Assembly (NCBI GenBank): GCA_964016885.1
Contig: OZ024743.1
Coordinates: 171,740,001 to 171,804,000, forward strand
Direction of reading: 5' to 3'
Source: Eledone cirrhosa
Lineage: Eukaryota
Length of the DNA stretch: 64,000 nucleotides
Numbering within the stretch: position 1 is the stretch's first letter; the number at the start of each line of letters is the position of its first letter. The notes beneath the pieces were generated by a model that saw only the letters and a list, made by a program, of their open reading frames with translations, was not told the origin of the DNA and did no database searches. Below, one piece after another: positions 39,705 through 50,978 of this stretch. Position numbers and translations under genes: made by a program.

Positions 39705-41565
39705 TCATAACTCTTTTGTACTGACAGATGTTATACCGACACTATACCAAAAGAGCGAGCTATAGCCAATGGCCAAATGTCCTTTGGGTCATTCCTTCTC
39801 CTTCAACTTTCAAACACCCCACTTAGAATCCTTGCTGTTCCTAGCAAGGCTGTTTTTTGCCACAATCCTGTCGTGATACTAATTCCTAGATTTTCAAGCC
39901 ATGGAACCAATCTTTTACTAACTGCTCCTAGTGCGCCAACCACAATCACTACCACTTCTACATGTCTGATTCTCCACAGTTACATGATTTCTCTCTTCAG
40001 CTTCTGGTATTTCTCAACTTTCTCACTTTCCTTCTCATTCACCCTGTGGTCCCATAGTGAAGCCATATCCACAATACATGCCTTGTTATTCTTCTTTTCT
40101 ACGACAACAATGCCAGGTTTTCTAGCCAAGATAAAATGGTCGCACTGGATGTTCATATCCCACAAGATCTTTCAGCCACTCTTTCCCGTTGGCGTTCCTA
40201 CCGTTTCTCACTTCTGCTCATACTGATGACAAACCTTCCAATGAACCAATCTGGCAATGTTGTCGTGCCTTCTCTTGTACTTTCTGAGAAACATCTTACT
40301 TCCACTAATATGATTTATTGTCTCATCTTTCTCGCCACACCACCTGCATAGTGGGTAATTCACTGACTTGTCAATATTGAACTTTATATAACTTGTTCTC
40401 AGTGCCTGTTCCTAGGCCTCAGTTTCAAAATTTAAGTCACTTTTCCTAGTCCATTCCCACTGTCTCAGGCATTTCACGTACGAATTGACCATACAATTTT
40501 TTCTTCCTTCTATTCAATGTGTCATTCTGTCTGTCTTGTTTAAATTCTCCCTTTTACTTTGCTTCATCACTGTTTAGGACCTTTATTTTTCTTACTCCTG
40601 TCATCAATCTCTCCTTTGAATTATTTACATACCATGCCAGGTTATTTTCCTCCAACGTCACACACATTTCACAGCTAATCAAACATCTTCCTCTCTGTTG
40701 TGACAGATACAACCTGTCCATGTCACTTTTGGTGTGTAGTGCCCCTTGTAGTGTCATCATTTTCCTGGTCTTTCTATCAAGCTCCTTAAGTTCACCACAT
40801 CTCTACTCTATCACACCAGCGCTATACCTCAGCACTGCAACAGCCCATGTGTTGGTAGCCGGGACCTTATTCCTACTACTTAACATCGTCTATAACACCA
40901 ACTTCAGTCTCCGTTTATATTCCTTTGATAATAGTTCTTTCATTCCCTTCTCTTCCATTCGGTTTGTTTCCAGGATGACTATGGATACGTACTTTGTCGT
41001 CAATTTCCTTCATAACTTGTCCGTTTGGTAATTCAATTCTTTCCATCTTATCAATTCTAGCTCGCTTCAGTAGTAGTTTTTTATGCCAAATTCCATTCCA
41101 GTCCGCACTGAATTTATGAATAATCTGTACAAGGGAATCAACATTTTCATAGGATTTCCTATAAAGTTTTAGGTCATCCACAAACAGAAGGTGGTTTATC
41201 TTAAACTCACGTCCTCCCCACTCGTAACTAGTCTTTGACTTTCTCAACACCAATGAAAGTGGAACCATACACAATATAAATAGCAAAGGCGAAAGACTGT
41301 TTTCCTGAAATATTCCTCTCGTGATCTTCACAACTCCCAATGTTTGTCTACATGATGTTAGTTTAGTCTTCCAAACTGCAAACCATACTGCTCACCAGAA
41401 ATTGTCTCGCTTAGCTGCAATACCAAACATGTCATAAGCCTTGTGGTAATCGATCTAGGCAATGGCAAGATTTGTGTGTCTCCTTTTACATTAAGGATCG
41501 TTTTATCAATCAACAATTGAATCTTATTCCCCTTATACCACTCTACTGCAACTGGCAGCAGAACG
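39705..41565 (-). mobile_element. R4/Dong-type non-LTR retrotransposon remnant (RT + restriction-like endonuclease)
   Basis: GIFQENSLSPLLF, INHLLFVDDLKLY, DMDRLYLSQQRGRCL, WDMNIQCDH..RKPGIVVVEK, EKESEKVEKYQKLKREI, QKTALLGTARIL; 3' end abuts (TAT)n. Confidence 0.85.
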
Positions 41566-43292
41566 AGAGTATTCCCTGTTCTGTGAGCCGGGGCGTAGTG
41601 ACTCAAGACAGACTTCAAGATTTTGGCCAAGGTGTTAACGAAGAAGTTGGTGCTTGTCGTGAGGATTTGGTTGGGGAGGCGCAAATTTGCGCAATCCCGA
41701 CCAGGTCGATACATGACAACCTCCACCTGATGCGGTACATCGTAGAGTGGGTCGAGTGTAAACCTGGCTTCGGTGGGGCTCTGATCAATTTAGATAAATC
41801 TAAAACATTCGATATGGTCGACCGTCGTTACCTGGAGGCTGTCCTCAAGTCAGCTGACTTCGGCCCCGTCTTCAGAAGCTGGATCGCTGCAATGCACGGT
41901 GGCATCTGCTCAGTGGTCAAAGTAAATGGCCACCTCTCGGAACCGTTTCAGGTCCCGATCGGTCCGCCAAAGGAGCCCTCTCTCCTCCCTTCTGTATGTA
42001 TTGACTCTCGAGCCTTTACTGCGGAAGCTGGAGCTGTTGCAGGGCATACCGCTCGAACTGGGACGCGGAAAGGCTGTGTCGGCTTATGCGGACGACATGA
42101 CGTGATGGTGTCGGACACCTCGGAAATCGAGGTGGTCGGCAACTTATTGGAGGAATATGAAAGGTTGACGGGAGCGAAACTTAACCCGGAAAAGTCGGTG
42201 GACTTGCAGCTAGGCACCTGGAGAGGCAAGTCCATGCTGTCCAACTGTGTTGTTGGGCACTGGATGTGCGGACCGGTAAAGTTGCTCGGGGTTTGGTTCG
42301 GGCCAGACCTCTAGGTGGATAATAATTGGGACGAGGTAACGGGCTGGGTAGCCAGTCAACCCAGAAATGGGCTGCGAGGAAGCTACCACTAAAAGGTCGG
42401 GCGGGAGTGGTGAACGTGTACATCGCGTCCGTCATCTACTACCGCCTGACCGTCTTGGAGCGGCTCTTCTTCAAAGAGCATTAGCGGAGGACTTTCGAGC
42501 CGGGGACAATGGATAACTTCCAAAAATCCTTTGTTTGACAGTGCTACAGGGTGGCCCTGCCGGTTCGAGATGAACTCTACAGGCAGGGAAGTGCTGTCAG
42601 ACGAACCTGCTCAAGATGCGCACAGAGCGACGAAACTGTTCTGCACGCACACGTCCAGTGTCTGTGTCTTACTGATTTGTAGAGTTATGTTGAACAGTTG
42701 TTGTCGTGTGTAGAATGGATCCGGCTATCGGCCGAGTCCATAGTGAAGATCGGCCCGCCACCTTCTGTCGGCCAGGAAGGGCAGGCAATTTTCCTCTGTC
42801 TGGTGGCAATAGCGAAAGAGGTTTTTATGGTGGACCATGTTGAAAGGACTGAAGGTAGACACTTTTCTCTTCGGCCAATCCCTCAGCAACTTTTTCAATG
42901 TTCACTTGGAAAGGAAGGTGAAGGTGGAGAGAGAAGTGCTGGCTCCCAGTAAATTTGCTGAAAGGTGGGTGAATGTGGCGAGAATGGCCCGTGTGAGTGG
43001 GCCTACTCTGTTCATGCGCCTGTTGGTGGGTGAATTTGAGGAGGGTAGGAGTGCCCTTCCCGGGTGCTCTCGAAGCGTCGGGTGGTTTAGGATTGGTGGG
43101 GTACCTTAGTCAACCATGTGTGGTTGTCCCCCCTATTGGGGAATTTTTCGTTGTTGTATTTTTCTTGTTATTTTGTTATTGTTATTCATATTTTTACACG
43201 CTATATATGTAAACCCCCACTGTCCCTGTCTAGTGTATCGTCCGCTATATGTCGGCCTTTGTGGCCAATAAATGAAACCATTATTATTATTA
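41566..43292 (+). mobile_element. L1/Tx1-clade LINE, 5'-truncated and internally deleted
   Basis: QICAIPTRSIHDNL, INLDKSKTFDMVDRRYL, VKVNGHLSEPF, AKLNPEKS, VKLLGVWFG, zf-RVT remnant, 3' ttgtggccaataaa + (ATT)n. Confidence 0.85.
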
Positions 43293-43519
43293 TTGTTTTT
43301 CCTTTTCCTTCAGTTTTGTTTCTGATATATGCCGAGTATCTTCCTGACAAATAAATTCATTGTATACATTGGTAAGCCAGTTAATACACCACATTGAATA
43401 TAATTTACAGCTTATCATTCTTACAGAGGGATATCATACATACAGAGATAGTGCTCTACTCATACACACATACACAACCACACAAAGCGGTGGGGGGGGG
43501 GGTATCATTCTCACAGAGA

Positions 43520-46500
43520 TAGTGCTCTTCTCAATACGTTGGTAGTACCAGTCATAACAATGTTTTTCGTCTCTTGCAGAGAGGGTAAACCAGGAATCAT
43601 CCCCAGATACTGTTCTCTTCCCATTACTGCTGAAATGAAAAACACAGAAAAAGCAAAGCAGTAAATGGAACTTCTGCAATTTGTAGTCCATTACTGTATC
43701 GTTGTGCATCTTTTGTAATGGCGTATGATCTTTTGTTGCCTTCATGATTCAAAACGAGTTTGATCATCCAATCATGTGCTTCCCTTAGATATGTAGATAA
43801 TCCAATTGTTGCCGTTTTTCAAAGAAATAACTAATTGGATTACTCCACGTCCTCCTTCTTTCCCAGGGAGATATATTCTATCTATATCTGCCTTAGAGTG
43901 ATGCATGCTGTGTATGGTTAAGAATTTTCTAATATTTGTATCGAGCCTACGGATCTCTGCGCTTGACCAGTTGATGACATTGAAACTGTAAGTTACTACT
44001 GATATAGCAAGTGTGCTTATGGCATCGATCTTGCATTCAACTCCGTTATTCCTTTCTTATCCTTTCCCACATTGTTGAGTGCTTGATTTTGTCTCCTACA
44101 CAAACATCTAGATATTTATAAGTTTCTTCTTGATCAAGTTCTTTTATCACATTCCCCCGATCTCAGCAGCTTTCCTCTGGTGAACGAGTCTTCGGTGCAT
44201 TTATCTAGTCCAAACCCCATTTTAATATCATCACTGAACTGCTTCACAGTGGATAATTTCTCATCATTTTTTGCAAATAGCTTCAGGTCATCCATGTAGA
44301 ACAAGTGATTAAGGGTTTTGTTATAGACTTTATATCCATGTTTTGTTTTATTGAGCATTTTACTTAATGGTATAAGTGCGATGCAGAATAAAAGCGTTGA
44401 TAAAGAGTTACCCTGAAAAATACCACAATTAATATTAACTTATCCAGCATCCAGTGATTTTTTTCCACTGTCCAAAATGTTTTCACACTGAATGACAGGA
44501 ACCTCCTGACAACGGAAGATATTTTGAAAAGCTCTAAACATTTTTCAATCCAACTGTGTGGCAAACTATCGAATGCTTTTTTATAATCTATCTAAGCAAT
44601 TGATAGATTTTTGTGTCTATTATGACAATCTTCCAGTATCAGTTTGTTAACCAAAAGCTGATCCTAGCAACCATATGAGCCGTGTTTACACCCTTTCTGC
44701 TCATTGGGAAATAGATCATTTGTTATTAGGTGATCATATGTATATTCAGTTAGGACTGATGTTAAAATGTTATACATTGTGGTCAAGCAAGTTATCGGTC
44801 TGTAATTTTTTGGTTTATTTGTCTCATCATTCTTCGGAAGTAAGAATGTAATGCCGCTAACTAGCCATGACGGTATCTTTTCTGGCTCCTTAACCATTTC
44901 ATTGTAAATTTGGGATAATAGCTCACGAGACTCTGTGAAGGCATTTATCCAAATATTTGGTATTTTGTCTTTCCCTGGGGATTTCCATTTGCTGGATTTT
45001 CTAAGAGCTAAACGCAGATGTTCAACTGTTATATTTTGCCATATTTGTTCCTCAACGTGTACTGAATCGTTCATTTGTCTGTCTAGCAATGGAGCATGTA
45101 TATTATGAACTTTTCTTTCGGTCCAGATCTTTTTCAAGAATCCCTTCACTGCCTCCTTGGGTGATATTGATTTAGTAGTTATTGTTGACTTGCCAATTTT
45201 TCTCTAGAATTTTTTTTTTTTTAAATATATTATTGTCCTTATAGAATCTAGAGCGTTTTTCAAAGCGCTTTATATTAGCAGTTTTGGCCGACACTTTTTG
45301 CTTGATTGTTTCTATCATCATGTCTATGTCACTTGTTGATTTTATACTGTATTTTCTTTTCAATTTTCTCAGTTTAGTTTGTTCAACATATTCACCTACT
45401 TTGTAGTTTGCTAAAATTTCTATATCAGATCAAAGAAGGTTTATTTGGCGATTGATGTGCATTCCTTTTTTTTGTGGGCATTCCTTTTTTTTTTCCTTTT
45501 CACTCCACATAAATGAGTGGTGACTTTAGCCGATGTATTGTAGAGATGATTTAGATCAGTAATGTTCAGTTTATTTGTGGTGATAATGTCTTTGAGAGCT
45601 ATGTTAGTCTTGTGTATTATCCTCTGGGTTTGTTTGGAGCTCTGAATCTTAGGGAGGGTCTCTCGTTCCCTCTTGTCAGATTCTTTCATTTTCATCCATT
45701 CGATAATAATTTCATTCTTCAAGTTGGCGAGTTCATTCACATTCATGTCTTTATCATTGATGATCTCATTGTTTTCACTTTGAGTTTCACCTTGAGCATG
45801 CACTCCTTCCATTTTTTCGATCCTTTCATTAATTTCATCTGCTGTCAGTGATTCCGCCCCGATCCTGCGATTTAAGGTGTTACAATTTATTTCGTTTTCA
45901 CTGACACATGTTTCATTTACCCTTCGATGACTTTGCGCTAATTTCTTGATCTGATCAATTTCTATGTCAGTTAGTAACTTCTTCTTAACAATGTTTCTAC
46001 GTATATTAGCTAGTTTGTTACTGTCAATATAGACTCTGTTTTCAGGATGTTTCATTTTCCAGTCTGTTCTGTATTCGATCAATTTGATGGTAGTACATAG
46101 TAGTGTAGAAAGCCTCAAGGACTTCTTTATTGTCTTCCTTTGACCATTTTTCTCTCTTTTTCTTTGGATTTCTTGGTGGTTAGCATGGAGGGCCATTAGT
46201 AAGAGTATTCCGGTTATGCTCCGAATTGATGGAAAGGTTTGAACCATTAGCTGATTTTTCGACCCCAGTCTAGTTCCTCTCTGATGGACGCGGCTCTTTT
46301 TGACCCGGGTGACGACCGAACTGGTATGAGTTTTTTATTATTTAACAGGGGATTTATTTTGTTGCGTTTTATCCTTAACCGCCTAGGAGTAATCATGTCG
46401 AGTTGCCACTCCTAGGACGAGTGTCAATCAAGACTAGAGGGTCTTCCTCTCCTTGCGACACAGCTATTCCCCGCCGGCCGCCATCACGGTATTTTTTGGT

Positions 46501-46520
46501 CATGGATATTTTTTAACAAT
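43520..46520 (-). mobile_element. R4/Dong-type non-LTR retrotransposon, 5' UTR through RT and beyond, decayed
   Basis: KWKSPGKDKIPNIWI, NYRPITCLTTMY, EQKGCKHGSYGC, IDYKKAFDSLPHSWI, LNHLFYMDDLKLFAK, FGLDKC; 5' end next to (TTA)n. Confidence 0.9.
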
Positions 46521-46595
46521 TGTTATTATTATGAATGGTTCCTTAATGTGAGTCCTGTGTGGCTAATAAAGTAATTATTATTATAATATACTTGG

Positions 46596-46790
46596 TAGGC
46601 GGTGGATTGGCAGTATCGGTAGAGGGTCGGGCACCATGCTTTGACGCATAGAGTTACGGCCATTGCCATTCTGAGTTCAAATCCCACCGAGGTTAACATT
46701 GCCTTTCAACATTATGGGGTCGATGAAATAAAGTACCAGTAATGTACTGCGTAATTGTTGGCATTTTGATCAAAAGTAGAAACAATTCTT
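46596..46790 (+). mobile_element. tRNA-derived SINE
   Basis: Full-length copy of the family at 20404. Confidence 0.85.
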
Positions 46791-47128
46791 ATGATATCCG
46801 TGTGGCCTTTGTTGAAGTTGCCTTTGTTGTAAATTGCCGTTATTTGGCTGTTGTATTTAGTGTACACAGAGCGGTTTTCTTCCATTTGTAATCATTTTCA
46901 TTTTTAAATATAACATTTCTAATACAAAATTAGATATTTGAGCCTTATGCCAGGGTATTATGGGGACTCACTTCCTGAGAACTAAGGCTGAAACTTATGT
47001 ACTATTTGCAATAAGAGTTATTATATCACAATTGTTTTAAATAGGTAGAAAAAAACAAAAAAGTTACGGGAGCTAATCCATAACGATATATCTACCACGT
47101 GCGTCTTCTTCTTCCCCTTATTATTATT

Positions 47129-47500
47129 AGGTGAATTAGCAGTATCGATAGAGAGTCGGGCATGCTTTCCAGCATAGTTACGTCCCTTTATGATCTGAGT
47201 TCAAATCCCTCTAAGTTAACTTTGCCTTTCATCCTTACGGGGTCGATAAAATAAAGTACCAGTAATGTACTGGATAATTGCTGGCCTTGTGCCAAACGTA
47301 GAAACAACTATTTTGGCAGTATCGGTAGAGGGTCGGACGCCATGCTTTGACGCATAGAATTACGGCCCTTGCCATTCTGAGTTCAAATCCCGCCGAGGTT
47401 AACTTTGCCTTTCATCCTTACGGGGTCGATAACATAAAGTACGAGTAATGTACTGCGATAATTGCTGGCCTTGTGCCAAAAGGAGAAACAATTATTATTG
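47129..47500 (+). mobile_element. Two tandem SINE copies (47129-47312; 47313-47500)
   Basis: Two A/B box + body units head to tail. Confidence 0.85.
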
Positions 47501-47501
47501 T

Positions 47502-47780
47502 TCTTTGAGTCTCAGTCATTGATGTTATTTAACTGGAAACTTTGTTGAAAAGAATATCAAGCGGCTACCTGCAGCCTCAGACATTCAGGACAAATCGGAG
47601 GGTTCTTGATGATCCCAGCAAGCATGCCATTTGAAGTGTTCCAAAAAGCGGGGCTTGACGAATCTTCTTTAACCATCATTGGAAACTCTTTGAGATAGTA
47701 CCTAGTGCGCTTATGACAATCGGGACTGCTTTGACTTCATGGCAGTTCCAAATCCTTTTTACTTCCCACTTTAAGTCCTG

Positions 47781-47782
<2 letters not shown>
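47502..47782 (-). mobile_element. R4/Dong-type LINE 3' fragment
   Basis: QDLKWEVKRIWNCHEVKAVPIVISALG; 3' UTR ends ...gactgagactcaaagaa at the SINE (ATT) tail. Confidence 0.8.
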
Positions 47783-47833
<51 letters not shown>

Positions 47834-47849
47834 CAAATACATATACATA

Positions 47850-48057
47850 TATATTTTGATTGATGAAAATGTACTTAAACACCAATGTACCTTTGAAATA
47901 TGTATAATAAAATATTTATTTTGATTATGAGAATAATTTTCATATATTAACATTTTGAATAATATTAAAAACTCCAGGGAAATCCACTGTTGAGTGCTTC
48001 TAATCTATTGTAATATTGTATTCATTGAGTAATCAACGAACCATGTTAATATTTGGT

Positions 48058-48060
<3 letters not shown>
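47850..48060 (+). mobile_element. Decayed copy of the short hammerhead-bearing element
   Basis: ttttgat TGATGA aaatGTAC..GTACcttt GAAA TATGTA TA ATAAAA; downstream matches 21820-21960. Confidence 0.6.
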
Positions 48061-48124
<64 letters not shown>

Positions 48125-48139
48125 ACAAACACACACGTA

Positions 48140-48232
48140 TATATATATGGGCCTTCCAGTTTCATTTCATATTATATACATGTCTGTGTATATTTTAATT
48201 ATTTAAAAATTATTTTTAGCTGAACCTTGCCC
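48140..48232 (+). mobile_element. 3'-subterminal fragment of the Helitron family at 1575-10553
   Basis: Matches 10445-10533 (gggc.ttcca.t.tcatt..tatataca..tgtgtatattttaattatt.aaaaattatt..tgaac.t.cccc). Confidence 0.65.
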
Positions 48233-49536
48233 CGGCCCAACTCTCACCAAAATGGAGCGCCTCCTCTTCCGCTTTTTCTGGAAGAGACGCGCTCCCATTA
48301 TCAGACGATCCATCTGCTGTCAACACCCGTTGCGTGGAGGACTGGGTATGCCATGGCTGATGATGCGCAAACATGCGCTGAGGTTGCGACATCTCTGGTG
48401 CTTCCTTGACGGTGAACAGGTGTGGTTTCTGTTCGCCAGGGATGTTTTCCCACAGCTCGTCTCCTTGACGGAGCTGCAGTCCTGGGTCAGAAAAAGACCG
48501 AGGGATAGCGCTTGGAAACCGGAATATCTCCAGGCGCTCACTGCCCTCTGCCAGCTGGGCACCAGTATCGGTGGAACATCCACTTCGGCGTTCTATAGAA
48601 GACTAGTGGAGGGGAAGCGCAACAACGTTCTCGGAGAGATCCTGTGCGTCGAAGAAGATCAGCTGTTTGCTCTCTTCCGGAGAACTTTCAGCCCAGGGCC
48701 TATGGATAACTTCCAAAAATCCCTGGCCTGGCAGTGCTACCGGCGAGCGTTGCCGGTTCGAGATAAGCTCTACAGGCACGGAAGTGCCGTCAGCCGAGCC
48801 TGTCCGAGATGCGCGCAGAGCGACGAAACCGTCGTGCACGCACTTGTTCAGTGCCCGAGCATTGCTGACTTGTGGAGCTATGTCGAACAGTTGCTGTCGC
48901 GTGTAGGACTGATCCGGTTATCGACTGAGTCCATTGTGCAGATGGACTCGCCGTCTTCCTTCGAGGAGGAAGGGCATGCGGTTTTCATCTGCCTGGTGGC
49001 CATGGCGAAAGAGATTGTGTGGTGGACAAGGTCGAAAGGGTTAAAGACAGACGCTTTCCTCTTCGGCGAATCCCTAATTAACTTTTTCAAGTTTCACTTG
49101 AAGAGGAAAATCAGGGTGGAGAGGCAAGTGCTGCCTTCTAGCAAGTTTGTTGAAAGGTGGGTGATGTAGCAAGAATGGTCCGAGTAAATGGGACCGCTCT
49201 GAATATACGCCTGTAGTTTGAGAAATGGAAAAATTGAGAGAGGACGCTTTACCTGGTGGTCAGGGTGGCCGTGGTCTTTTGTGTGGTTTTCGCCACGAGT
49301 AACCCTCGGAGGTTTCCCCCCTATTGGGGAATTTTTCATTGTTTCAATTTTTCATTTTTATTGTTTATATATATGTTTCTATGTCTTTTTTTCTTTTCTT
49401 ATATAAATAATAAAAATCTTTACACGCACAAAACCCACATCGTACCGTCCTGTACCGTCCTGTGCCGTCTGTAATGTTTTTCTTGATGTCAGCCCTTGTG
49501 GCCAATAAAGAAATCATTATTATTATTATTATTATT
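48227..49536 (+). mobile_element. L1/Tx1-clade LINE 3' fragment
   Basis: ORF 48252-49169: LFRFFWK, GGLGMP, ALPVRDKL, CPRCAQSDETVVHALVQC (zf-RVT, CCHC); tail ttgtggccaataaa + (ATT)n. Confidence 0.9.
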
Positions 49537-49837
49537 ATCAATCCCGCCGAGGTTGACTTTGCCTTTCATCCTTACGGGGTCGATAAAATAAAGTACCAGT
49601 AATGCACTGGGTAATTGCTGGCCTTGTGCCTAAAGTAGAAACAATTATTATTGTTATTGTTATTATTATTATTATTATTATTATTCTTTGACGTATAGAG
49701 TTACGGCCATTCTGAGTTCAAATCCCGCCAAGGTTAACTTTTCCTTTTATCCTTACGGGGTCGATAAAATAAAGTACCAGTAATGCACTGACATAATTGC
49801 TGGCCGTGTGCCTAACGTAGAAACAATTATTATTATT
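49537..49837 (+). mobile_element. Two 5'-truncated SINE copies
   Basis: Body gactttgcctttcatccttacggggtcgataaaataaagtacc with (ATT)n tails. Confidence 0.8.
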
Positions 49838-50298
49838 CTTTGAGTCTCAGTCATTGATGTTATTTAACTGGAAAGTTTGTTGAAATGAATATCAAACCAC
49901 TACGTGCAGCCTCAGATATTTAGGACGTATCGGAGGATTCTTGCTGTTCCCAGCAAGCATGCCTTTTGAAGAGTTCCAAAAGGAGGGGCTGGACTAACTT
50001 TCTTTAACCATCCTTGGAAACTCTTTGAGATAGTACCTAGTGCGCCTATGACAATCAGGACGACTCTGAATTCATGGCAGTTCCAAATCCTTTTACCTCC
50101 CACTTTAAGTCCTGGTATCGGTTAATTTTCTCCCTCTCCTTTTCTTGCACTCTCGTGTCATTTGGGCAGGCTACATCTACAATCAGGCACAATCTTTTTT
50201 CCTTGTCCAAAACCACCACGTCAGGCCTATTATGTTCCAGTTTCTTATCCGTCTGTATCCTAAAATCCCATAGCACTGATCGTTTTCTATCAACCACT
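49838..50298 (-). mobile_element. R4/Dong-type LINE 3' fragment (RLE domain)
   Basis: VLWDFRIQTDKKLEHNRPDVVVLDK, KEREKINRYQDLK, LQKACLLGTARILRYVL; ends at the SINE (ATT) tail. Confidence 0.9.
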
Positions 50299-50317
50299 CT
50301 GGCTTATGCTCATACCA

Positions 50318-50468
50318 CTTTCCAGCATAGTTACGTCCCTTTACGATCTGAGTTCAAATCCCGCCGAGGTTGACTTTGCCTTACGGGGTCGATAAAATAA
50401 AGTACCAGTAATGCATTGGGTAATTGTTGGCCTTGTGCCTAAAGTAGAAAACAATTATTATTATTATT
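50318..50468 (+). mobile_element. 5'-truncated SINE
   Basis: B box, body and (ATT)n tail. Confidence 0.8.
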
Positions 50469-50978
50469 TTCTTTGGTGTTTGGTGCAGTTAGGTTTGTGA
50501 ATTTATGTCGTTTTTTTTTTTTGTTTTGCTCAAAAGAGGTAAAAAAACAACCATCTTTGCTCTGTGAAAAGGAAACTTCAAAATATTTGGGGCTTGGGAC
50601 CCGAACATTTGAACTATTTTCATAAACAAAAATGCCTATTGTAGATAAAATGGTGAAATTATCACCTTCGACTTGTTAAAATTTTAAGAACGGAAAGTCA
50701 TGTTGCAGCTCTCGTCCAATCAGAAGTGAGAGCCTCACATCTGAAACCAGCGTCACCCATGCCAGAAACAGCAACAGCACTATTATCGGGATCAACAGTA
50801 GCAGCAGTAGTACTAGTAGCAGCGACATGGCCAGCAATAGCAACAACAACAGGAGCAACATCGACAGAAATAACAGTGTAGCAACAGTGAAATCAACAGC
50901 AGTGCGACCACCATAAGCATCAACAATATCAATGACGAAAAAAAGTCTTTTCTCACGACAACGTCGAAAAATACAGTA

